Source of the DNA: Eledone cirrhosa
Lineage: Eukaryota
Assembly (NCBI GenBank): GCA_964016885.1
Contig: OZ024740.1
Coordinates: forward strand, 8,928,001 to 8,992,000
DNA length: 64,000 nt
Reading direction: 5' to 3'
How positions within the stretch are numbered: position 1 is the stretch's first letter; each line of letters opens with the position of its first letter. The notes beneath the pieces are model-generated. The model was given only the letters and a program-made list of their open reading frames with translations, searched no databases and was not told the DNA's origin. Made by a program: the position numbers and the translations under genes. Positions 52,477 through 64,000 of the stretch are shown here, in pieces.

Positions 52477-55400
52477 TGGTATGTCAGTTTCGATTGGTAT
52501 GTTCGTCCTCGATTTGTATGTCAGTTTCTATTGGTATATCAGTTTCGATTGGTATGTCAGTTTCGATTAGTATATCTGTTGCTATTGGTATGTCAGTTTC
52601 GATTGGTATATCAGGTTCGATTGGTATGTCAGTTTCTATTGGTATGTCAATTTTGATTAGTATATCAGATTCGACTGGTATATCACTTTCTATTGCTATA
52701 TCAGCTTCTATTGGTATGTCAGTTTCAATTGGTATGTCAGTTTCTATTGTTATGTCAGTTTCTATTAGTATATCAGTTTCTACTGGTATGTCAGTCTCTA
52801 TTGGTATATCAGTTTCGATTGGTATATCAGTTTTTATTGGTATGTCAGTCTCTATTGGTATATCAGTTTCGATTGGTATGTCAGTTTCGATTGGTATATC
52901 AGTTTCGAATGGTATTTCAATCTCGATTGGTATGTCAGTTTCGATTTGTATGTTAGTCCTCGATTGGTATGTCAGTTTCAATTAGTATATCAGTTTCTAT
53001 TGGTATGTCAGTTTTGATTGGTATGTCAGTTTCAATTGGTATATCAGTTTCAATTGGTATGTCAGTTTCAATTAGTATATCAGTTTCTATTGGTATGTCA
53101 GTTTCTATTGGTATATCAATTTCGATTGGCATATCAGTTTTGATTGGTATGTCAGTTTCTATTGGTATGTCAGTTTCGATTGGTATATCAGTTTCGATTG
53201 GTATATCAGTTTCTATTGCTATATCAGTTTCTATTGGTATGTGAGTTTCGATTATTATATCAGTTACTATTGGTATGTCAGTTTCGATTGTTATGTCAGT
53301 GTCTATTGGTATGTCAGTTTCGATTGGTATGTCAGTTTCTATTGGTATATCAGTTTCGATTGGTATATCAGTTTCTATTGGTATGTCATTGGTATATCTG
53401 TTTCGATTTGTATGTCAGTTTATATTGGTATATCAGTTTAGATTGATATATCAGTTTCGATTGGTATGTCAGTTTCTATTCGTATATCAGTTTCTATTTG
53501 TATGTCCGTTTCGATTGGTATGTCAGTTTCTATAGGTATATCAGTTTCGATTGGTATGTTAGTTTCTATTGGTATGTCAGTTTTGATTAGTATATCAGTA
53601 TCTATTGGTATGTCAGTTTTGATTGGTATGTTCGTCCTCGAGTTGTATGTCAGTTTCTATTGATATATCAGTTTCGATTGGTATGTCAGTTTCTATTGGT
53701 ATGTCAGTTTCTATTAGTATATCAGTTTCTATTGATATGTCAGTCTCTATTGGTATATCAGTTTCGATTGGTATGTCAGTTTCGATTGGTATGTCAATTT
53801 CGCTTGGTATGTCAGTTTCTATTGGTATGTCAGTTTAGATTAGTATATCAGTTTCTATTGGTATGTCAGTCTCTATTGGTATGTCATTTTCAATTAGTAT
53901 ATCAGTTTCTATTGCTATGTCAGTTTCGATTGTTATATCAGTTTCGATTGGTATGTCAGTTTCTATTGGTATGTCATTTTCAATTAGTATATCAGTTTCT
54001 ATTGCTATGTCAGTTTCGATTGTTATGTCAGTTTCGATTGGTATGTTAGTTTCTATTGGTATGTCAGTTTCGATTAGTATATCAGTTTCTATTGGTATGT
54101 CTGTTTCGATTGGTATGTTAGTCTTCGATTTGTATGTCAGTTTCTATTGGTATATCAGTTTCGATTGGTATGTCAGTTTCAATTAGTATATCAGTTTCTA
54201 TTGGTATGTCAGTTTCTATTGGTATATCAGTTTTGATTGGCATATCAGTTTCGATTGGTATGTCAGTTTCGATTGGTATATCAGTTTCGATTGGTATATC
54301 AGTTTCGATTGGTATATAAGTTTCTATTGCTATATCAGTTTCTATTGGTATATCAGTTTCGATTGGTATGTCAGTTTCTATGGGTATATCAGTTGCGATT
54401 GGTATGTTTGTTTCTATTGGTATGTCAGTTTCGATTATTATATCAGTTACTATTGGTATGTCAGTTTCTATTGGTATGTCAGTTTCTATTGGTATGTCAG
54501 TTTCGATTATTATATCAGTTTCGATTAGTATGTCAGTTTCGATTGGTATGTCAGTTTCTATTGGTATGTCAGTTTCGATTAGTATATAAGTTTCTATGGG
54601 TATGGCAGTCTCTGTTGGTATATCAGTTTCGATTGGTATGTCAGTTTCGATTGCTATGTCAGTTTCGATTGTTATGTCAGTTTCGATTGGTATATCAGTT
54701 TCGAATGGTATGTCAGTTTCAATTGGTATATCAGTTTCAATTGGTATGTCAGTTTCAATTAGTATATCAGTTTCTATTGGTATGTCAGTTTCTATTGGTA
54801 TATCAATTTCGATTGGCATATCAGTTTTGATTGGTATGTCAGTTTCTATTGGTATATCATTTTCGATTGGTATATCAGTTTCGATTGGTATATCAGTTTC
54901 TATTGCTATATCAGTTTCTATTGGTATGTGAGTTTCGATTATTATATCAGTTACTATTGGTATGTCAGTTTCGATTGTTATGTCAGTGTCTATTGGTATG
55001 TCAGTTTCGATTGGTATGTCAGTTTCGATTAGTATATCAGTTTCTATTGGTATGTCAGTTTCTATTGGTATATCAGTTTCGATTGGTATATCAGTTTCGA
55101 TTGGTATGTCAATTTCGATTGGCATGTCAGTTTCGATTGGTATATCAGTTTCGAATGGTATTTCAATCTCGATGGGTATGTCAGTTTCGATTGGTATATC
55201 AGTTTCGATTAGTATGTCAGTTTCTATTGGTATATCAGTTTCTATTGGTATATCAGTTTCTATTGGTATGTCATTGGTATATCTGTTTCTATTTGTATGT
55301 CAGTTTATATTGGTATATCAGTTTAGATTGATATATCAGTTTCGATTGGTATGTCAGTTTCTATTCGTATATCAGTTTCTATTTGTATGTCCGTTTCGAT

Positions 55401-58400
55401 TGGTATGTCAGTTTCTATAGGTATATCAGTTTCGAATGGTATTTCAATCTCGATTGGTATGTCAGTTTCGATTTGTATGTTAGTCCTCGATTGGTATGTC
55501 AGTTTCAATTAGTATATCAGTTTCTATTGGTATGTCAGTTTTGATTGGTATGTCAGTTTCAATTAGTATATCAGTTTCTATTGGTATGTCAGTTTCTATT
55601 GGTATATCAATTTCGATTGGCATATCAGTTTTGATTGGTATGTCAGTTTCTATTGGTATGTCAGTTTCGATTGGTATATCAGTTTCGATTGGTATATCAG
55701 TTTCTATTGCTATATCAGTTTCTATTGGTATGTGAGTTTCGATTATTATATCAGTTACTATTGGTATGTCAGTTTCGATTGTTATGTCAGTGTCTATTGG
55801 TATGTCAGTTTCGATTGGTATGTCAGTTTCTATTGGTATATCAGTTTCGATTGGTATATCAGTTTCTATTGGTATGTCATTGGTATATCTGTTTCGATTT
55901 GTATGTCAGTTTATATTGGTATATCAGTTTAGATTGATATATCAGTTTCGATTGGTATGTCAGTTTCTATTCGTATATCAGTTTCTATTTGTATGTCCGT
56001 TTCGATTGGTATGTCAGTTTCTATAGGTATATCAGTTTCGATTGGTATGTTAGTTTCTATTGGTATGTCAGTTTTGATTAGTATATCAGTATCTATTGGT
56101 ATGTCAGTTTTGATTGGTATGTTCGTCCTCGAGTTGTATGTCAGTTTCTATTGATATATCAGTTTCGATTGGTATGTCAGTTTCTATTGGTATGTCAGTT
56201 TCTATTAGTATATCAGTTTCTATTGATATGTCAGTCTCTATTGGTATATCAGTTTCGATTGGTATGTCAGTTTCGATTGGTATGTCAATTTCGCTTGGTA
56301 TGTCAGTTTCTATTGGTATGTCAGTTTAGATTAGTATATCAGTTTCTATTGGTATGTCAGTCTCTATTGGTATGTCATTTTCAATTAGTATATCAGTTTC
56401 TATTGCTATGTCAGTTTCGATTGTTATATCAGTTTCGATTGGTATGTCAGTTTCTATTGGTATGTCATTTTCAATTAGTATATCAGTTTCTATTGCTATG
56501 TCAGTTTCGATTGTTATGTCAGTTTCGATTGGTATGTTAGTTTCTATTGGTATGTCAGTTTCGATTAGTATATCAGTTTCTATTGGTATGTCTGTTTCGA
56601 TTGGTATGTTAGTCTTCGATTTGTATGTCAGTTTCTATTGGTATATCAGTTTCGATTGGTATGTCAGTTTCAATTAGTATATCAGTTTCTATTGGTATGT
56701 CAGTTTCTATTGGTATATCAGTTTTGATTGGCATATCAGTTTCGATTGGTATGTCAGTTTCGATTGGTATATCAGTTTCGATTGGTATATCAGTTTCGAT
56801 TGGTATATAAGTTTCTATTGCTATATCAGTTTCTATTGGTATATCAGTTTCGATTGGTATGTCAGTTTCTATGGGTATATCAGTTGCGATTGGTATGTTT
56901 GTTTCTATTGGTATGTCAGTTTCGATTATTATATCAGTTACTATTGGTATGTCAGTTTCTATTGGTATGTCAGTTTCTATTGGTATGTCAGTTTCGATTA
57001 TTATATCAGTTTCGATTAGTATGTCAGTTTCGATTGGTATGTCAGTTTCTATTGGTATGTCAGTTTCGATTAGTATATAAGTTTCTATGGGTATGGCAGT
57101 CTCTGTTGGTATATCAGTTTCGATTGGTATGTCAGTTTCGATTGCTATGTCAGTTTCGATTGTTATGTCAGTTTCGATTGGTATATCAGTTTCGAATGGT
57201 ATGTCAGTTTCAATTGGTATATCAGTTTCAATTGGTATGTCAGTTTCAATTAGTATATCAGTTTCTATTGGTATGTCAGTTTCTATTGGTATATCAATTT
57301 CGATTGGCATATCAGTTTTGATTGGTATGTCAGTTTCTATTGGTATATCATTTTCGATTGGTATATCAGTTTCGATTGGTATATCAGTTTCTATTGCTAT
57401 ATCAGTTTCTATTGGTATGTGAGTTTCGATTATTATATCAGTTACTATTGGTATGTCAGTTTCGATTGTTATGTCAGTGTCTATTGGTATGTCAGTTTCG
57501 ATTGGTATGTCAGTTTCGATTAGTATATCAGTTTCTATTGGTATGTCAGTTTCTATTGGTATATCAGTTTCGATTGGTATATCAGTTTCGATTGGTATGT
57601 CAATTTCGATTGGCATGTCAGTTTCGATTGGTATATCAGTTTCGAATGGTATTTCAATCTCGATGGGTATGTCAGTTTCGATTGGTATATCAGTTTCGAT
57701 TAGTATGTCAGTTTCTATTGGTATATCAGTTTCTATTGGTATATCAGTTTCTATTGGTATGTCATTGGTATATCTGTTTCTATTTGTATGTCAGTTTATA
57801 TTGGTATATCAGTTTAGATTGATATATCAGTTTCGATTGGTATGTAAGTTTCTATTCGTATATCAGTTTCTATTTGTATGTCCGTTTCGATTGGTATGTC
57901 AGTTTCTATAGGTATATCAGTTTCGAATGGTATTTCAATCTCGATTGGTATGTCAGTTTCGATTTGTATGTTAGTCCTCGATTGGTATGTCAGTTTCAAT
58001 TAGTATATCAGTTTCTATTGGTATGTCAGTTTTGATTGGTATGTCAGTTTCAATTGGTATATCAGTTTCAATTGGTATGTCAGTTTCAATTAGTATATCA
58101 GTTTCTATTGGTATGTCAGTTTCTATTGGTATATCAATTTCGATTGGCATATCAGTTTTGATTGGTATGTCAGTTTCTATTGGTATGTCAGTTTCGATTG
58201 GTATATCAGTTTCGATTGGTATATCAGTTTCTATTGCTATATCAGTTTCTATTGGTATGTGAGTTTCGATTATTATATCAGTTACTATTGGTATGTCAGT
58301 TTCGATTGTTATGTCAGTGTCTATTGGTATGTCAGTTTCGATTGGTATGTCAGTTTCGATTAGCATATCAGTTTCTATTGGTATGTCAGTTTCTATTGGT

Positions 58401-61400
58401 ATATCAGTTTCGATTGGTATATCAGTTTCTATTGGTATGTCATTGGTATATCTGTTTCGATTTGTATGTCAGTTTATATTGGTATATCAGTTTAGATTGA
58501 TATATCAGTTTCGATTGGTATGTCAGTTTCTATTCGTATATCAGTTTCTATTTGTATGTCCGTTTCGATTGGTATGTCAGTTTCTATAGGTATATCTGTT
58601 TCGATTGGTATGTTAGTTTCTATTGGTATGTCAGTTTTGATTAGTATATCAGTATCTATTGGTATGTCAGTTTTGATTGGTATGTTCGTCCTCGAGTTGT
58701 ATGTCAGTTTCTATTGATATATCAGTTTCGATTGGTATGTCAGTTTCTATTGGTATGTCAGTTTCTATTAGTATATCAGTTTCTATTGATATGTCAGTCT
58801 CTATTGGTATATCAGTTTCGATTGGTATGTCAGTTTCGATTGGTATGTCAATTTCGCTTGGTATGTCAGTTTCTATTGGTATGTCAGTTTAGATTAGTAT
58901 ATCAGTTTCTATTGGTATGTCAGTCTCTATTGGTATATCAGTTTCGATTTGTATGTCAGTTTCGGTTGGTATATCAGTTTCGATTGATATGTCAGTTTCG
59001 ATTGTTATATCAGTTTCGATTGGTATGTCAGTTTCTATTGGTATGTCATTTTCAATTAGTATATCAGTTTCTATTGCTATGTCAGTTTCGATTGTTATGT
59101 CAGTTTCGATTGGTATGTTAGTTTCTATTGGTATGTCAGTTTCGATTAGTATATCAGTTTCTATTGGTATGTCTGTTTCGATTGGTATGTTAGTCTTCGA
59201 TTTGTATGTCAGTTTCTATTGGTATATCAGTTTCGATTGGTATGTCAGTTTCAATTAGTATATCAGTTTCTATTGGTTTGTCAGTTTCTATTGGTATATC
59301 AGTTTTGATTGGCATATCAGTTTCGATTGGTATGTCAGTTTCGATTGGTATATCAGTTTCGATTGGTATATCAGTTTCGATTGGTATATAAGTTTCTATT
59401 GCTATATCAGTTTCTATTGGTATATCAGTTTCGATTGGTATGTCAGTTTCTATGGGTATATCAGTTGCGATTGGTATGTTTGTTTCTATTGGTATGTCAG
59501 TTTCGATTATTATATCAGTTACTATTGGTATGTCAGTTTCTATTGGTATGTCAGTTTCTATTGGTATGTCAGTTTCGATTATTATATCAGTTTCGATTAG
59601 TATGTCAGTTTCGATTGGTATGTCAGTTTCTATTGGTATGTCAGTTTCGATTAGTATATAAGTTTCTATGGGTATGGCAGTCTCTGTTGGTATATCAGTT
59701 TCGATTGGTATGTCAGTTTCGATTGCTATGTCAGTTTCGATTGTTATGTCAGTTTCGATTGGTATATCAGTTTCGAATGGTATGTCAGTTTCAATTGGTA
59801 TATCAGTTTCAATTGGTATGTCAGTTTCAATTAGTATATCAGTTTCTATTGGTATGTCAGTTTCTATTGGTATATCAATTTCGATTGGCATATCAGTTTT
59901 GATTGGTATGTCAGTTTCTATTGGTATATCAGTTTCGATTGGTATATCAGTTTCGATTGGTATATCAGTTTCTATTGCTATATCAGTTTCTATTGGTATG
60001 TGAGTTTCGATTATTATATCAGTTACTATTGGTATGTCAGTTTCGATTGTTATGTCAGTGTCTATTGGTATGTCAGTTTCGATTGGTATGTCAGTTTCGA
60101 TTAGTATATCAGTTTCTATTGGTATGTCAGTTTCTATTGGTATATCAGTTTCGATTGGTATATCAGTTTCGATTGGTATGTCAATTTCGATTGGCATGTC
60201 AGTTTCGATTGGTATATCAGTTTCGAATGGTATTTCAATCTCGATGGGTATGTCAGTTTCGATTGGTATATCAGTTTCGATTAGTATGTCAGTTTCTATT
60301 GGTATATCAGTTTCTATTGGTATATCAGTTTCTATTGGTATGTCATTGGTATATCTGTTTCTATTTGTATGTCAGTTTATATTGGTATATCAGTTTAGAT
60401 TGATATATCAGTTTCGATTGGTATGTCAGTTTCTATTCGTATATCAGTTTCTATTTGTATGTCCGTTTCGATTGGTATGTCAGTTTCTATTGGTATATCA
60501 GTTTCGATTGGTATGTTAGTTTCTATTGGTATGTCAGTTTCGATTAGTATATCAGTATCTATTGGTATGTCAGTTTCTATTGGTATATCAATTTCTATTG
60601 GCATATCAGTTTTGATTGGTATGTCAGTTTCTATTGGTATGTCAGTTTCGATTGGTATATCAGTTTCGATTGGTATATCAGTTTCTATTGCTATATCAGT
60701 TTCTATTGGTATGTGAGTTTCGATTATTATATCAGTTACTATTGGTATGTCAGTTTCGATTGTTAAGTCAGTGTCTATTGGTATGTCAGTTTCGATTGGT
60801 ATGTCAGTTTCGATTAGCATATCAGTTTCTATTGGTATGTCAGTTTCTATTGGTATATCAGTTTCGATTTGTATGTCAGTTTCGGTTGGTATATCAGTTT
60901 CGATTGATATGTCAGTTTCGATTGTTATATCAGTTTCGATTGGTATGTCAGTTTCTATTGGTATGTCATTTTCAATTAGTATATCAGTTTCTATTGCTAT
61001 GTCAGTTTCGATTGTTATGTCAGTTTCGATTGGTATGTTAGTGTCTATTGGTATGTCAGTTTCGATTAGTATATCAGTTTCTATTGGTATGTCTGTTTCG
61101 ATTGGTATGTTAGTCTTCGATTTGTATGTCAGTTTCTATTGGTATATCAGTTTCGATTGGTATGTCAGTTTCAATTAGTATATCAGTTTCTATTGGTATG
61201 TCAGTTTCTATTGGTATATCAGTTTTGATTGGCATATCAGTTTCGATTGGTATGTCAGTTTCGATTGGTATATCAGTTTCGATTGGTATATCAGTTTCGA
61301 TTGGTATATAAGTTTCTATTGCTATATCAGTTTCTATTGGTATATCAGTTTCGATTGGCATATCAGTTTTGATTGGTATGTCAGTTTCTATTGGTATGTC

Positions 61401-64000
61401 AGTTTCGATTGGTATATCAGTTTCGATTGGTATATCAGTTTCTATTGCTATATCAGTTTCTATTGGTATGTGAGTTTCGATTATTATATCAGTTACTATT
61501 GGTATGTCAGTTTCGATTGTTATGTCAGTGTCTATTGGTATGTCAGTTTCGATTGGTATGTCAGTTTCGATTAGCATATCAGTTTCGATTGGTATGTCAG
61601 TTTCTATTGGTATATCAGTTTCGATTGGTATATCAGTTTCTATTGGTATGTCATTGGTATATCTGTTTCGATTTGTATGTCAGTTTATATTGGTATATCA
61701 GTTTAGATTGATATATCAGTTTCGATTGGTATCTCAGTTTCTATTCGTATATCAGTTTCTATTTGTATGTCCGTTTCGATTGGTATGTCAGTTTCTATAG
61801 GTATATCAGTTTCGATTGGTATGTTAGTTTCTATTGGTATGTCAGTTTTGATTAGTATATCAGTATCTATTGGTATGTCAGTTTTGATTGGTATGTTCGT
61901 CCTCGAGTTGTATGTCAGTTTCTATTGATATATCAGTTTCGATTGGTATGTCAGTTTCTATTGGTATGTCAGTTTCTATTAGTATATCAGTTTCTATTGA
62001 TATGTCAGTCTCTATTGGTATATCAGTTTCGATTGGTATGTCAATTTCGCTTGGTATGTCAGTTTCTATTGGTATGTCAGTTTAGATTAGTATATCAGTT
62101 TCTATTGGTATGTCAGTCTCTATTGGTATATCAGTTTCGATTTGTATGTCAGTTTCGGTTGGTATATCAGTTTCGATTGATATGTCAGTTTCGATTGTTA
62201 TATCAGTTTCGATTGGTATGTCAGTTTCTATTGGTATGTCATTTTCAATTAGTATATCAGTTTCTATTGCTATGTCAGTTTCGATTGTTATGTCAGTTTC
62301 GATTGGTATGTTAGTTTCTATTGGTATGTCAGTTTCGATTAGTATATCAGTTTCTATTGGTATGTCTGTTTCGATTGGTATGTTAGTCTTCGATTTGTAT
62401 GTCAGTTTCTATTGGTATATCAGTTTCGATTGGTATGTCAGTTTCAATTAGTATATCAGTTTCTATTGGTATGTCAGTTTCTATTGGTATATCAGTTTTG
62501 ATTGGCATATCAGTTTCGATTGGTATGTCAGTTTCGATTGGTATATCAGTTTCGATTGGTATATCAGTTTCGATTGGTATATAAGTTTCTATTGCTATAT
62601 CAGTTTCTATTGGTATATCAGTTTCGATTGGTATGTCAGTTTCTATGGGTATATCAGTTGCGATTGGTATGTTTGTTTCTATTGGTATGTCAGTTTCGAT
62701 TATTATATCAGTTACTATTGGTATGTCAGTTTCTATTGGTATGTCAGTTTCTATTGGTATGTCAGTTTCGATTATTATATCAGTTTCGATTAGTATGTCA
62801 GTTTCGATTGGTATGTCAGTTTCTATTGGTATGTCAGTTTCGATTAGTATATAAGTTTCTATGGGTATGGCAGTCTCTGTTGGTATATCAGTTTCGATTG
62901 GTATGTCAGTTTCGATTGCTATGTCAGTTTCGATTGTTATGTCAGTTTCGATTGGTATATCAGTTTCGAATGGTATGTCAGTTTCAATTGGTATATCAGT
63001 TTCAATTGGTATGTCAGTTTCAATTAGTATATCAGTTTCTATTGGTATGTCAGTTTCTATTGGTATATCAATTTCGATTGGCATATCAGTTTTGATTGGT
63101 ATGTCAGTTTCTATTGGTATTTCAGTTTCGATTGGTATATCAGTTTCGATTGGTATATCAGTTTCTATTGCTATATCAGTTTCTATTGGTATGTGAGTTT
63201 CGATTATTATATCAGTTACTATTGGTATGTCAGTTTCGATTGTTATGTCAGTGTCTATTGGTATGTCAGTTTCGATTGGTATGTCAGTTTCGATTAGTAT
63301 ATCAGTTTCTATTGGTATGTCAGTTTCTATTGGTATATCAGTTTCGATTGGTATATCAGTTTCGATTGGTATGTCAATTTCGATTGGCATGTCAGTTTCG
63401 ATTGGTATAACAGTTTCGAATGGTATTTCAATCTCGATGGGTATGTCAGTTTCGATTGGTATATCAGTTTCGATTAGTATGTCAGTTTCTATTGGTATAT
63501 CAGTTTCTATTGGTATATCAGTTTCTATTGGTATGTCATTGGTATATCTGTTTCTATTTGTATGTCAGTTTATATTGGTATATCAGTTTAGATTGATATA
63601 TCAGTTTCGATTGGTATGTCAGTTTCTATTCGTATATCAGTTTCTATTTGTATGTCCGTTTCGATTGGTATGTCAGTTTCTATAGGTATATCAGTTTCGA
63701 TTGGTATGTTAGTTTCTATTGGTATGTCAGTTTCGATTAGTATATCAGTATCTATTGGTATGTCAGTTTCTATTGGTATATCAATTTCTATTGGCATATC
63801 AGTTTTGATTGGTATGTCAGTTTCTATTGGTATGTCAGTTTCGATTGGTATATCAGTTTCGATTGGTATATCAGTTTCTATTGCTATATCAGTTTCTATT
63901 GGTATGTGAGTTTCGATTATTATATCAGTTACTATTGGTATGTCAGTTTCGATTGTTATGTCAGTGTCTATTGGTATGTCAGTTTCGATTGGTATGTCAG
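52477..64000 (+). repeat. 18-bp tandem satellite, block 6 (higher-order units ~2.5-3.2 kb), runs off the window
   Basis: Same monomer. The 335-aa minus-strand marker ORF recurs at 54118, 56609, 59190 and 62383 (spacings 2491, 2581, 3193). Confidence 0.98.

Larger units (their letters stand above)
41265..53650 (+). repeat. ~6.32-kb tandem duplication carrying LINE B (ends approximate)
   Basis: Offsets of 6322-6325 for flanks and element: 41320/47645, 42034/48359, 42735/49059, 46154/52476. Confidence 0.92.

Noticed and set aside
190-64000. Hundreds of low-complexity ORFs (SVSIGM, VYQFRL, WYISFD, IETDIP repeats) as host genes
   Set aside because: The 18-bp unit is a multiple of 3 and stop-free in several frames. 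These ORFs overlap in multiple frames, are broken by indel monomers and have no unique domains.
190-64000. CRISPR array
   Set aside because: The repeats are directly head-to-tail with no unique spacers, there are no cas genes, and the context is eukaryotic.
190-64000. Canonical telomeric array with telomere-specific retrotransposons
   Set aside because: There is no TTAGGG/TTAGG-type unit, and the many variants propagated in kb-scale duplications point to recombination rather than telomerase synthesis. Chromosomal position cannot be judged from this window.

Overview
This is eukaryotic repetitive DNA with no host genes. About 53 kb of the 64 kb is one single-orientation 18-bp tandem satellite (consensus GGTATRTCAGTTTCKATT), organised into nested multi-kb higher-order duplications. 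It is interrupted by six pieces of RTE-clade non-LTR retrotransposons (LINEs), all on the + strand and all ending in (GAT)n tails. Family A is present as 5'-truncated copies (1-189, 4253-6095, 13923-14511, 39833-40200). Family B is present as two ~3.8-kb apparently full-length copies (42364-46154, frameshifted; 48689-52476, intact 1039-aa APE+RT ORF) produced by one ~6.3-kb tandem duplication. The most notable features are: (i) a C4HC3 PHD-type finger inserted inside the RT region of both families; (ii) four independent co-oriented insertions whose GAT tails mostly run into the satellite by microhomology, with empty paralogous sites in the window revealing short TSDs; (iii) 3'UTR hairpins with compensatory changes between the families; (iv) LINE+satellite blocks amplified together as higher-order units. 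The hundreds of low-complexity ORFs are translations of the satellite. The 3' ends resemble, from memory only, Octopus/cephalopod RTE and SINE tails; this is unverified.
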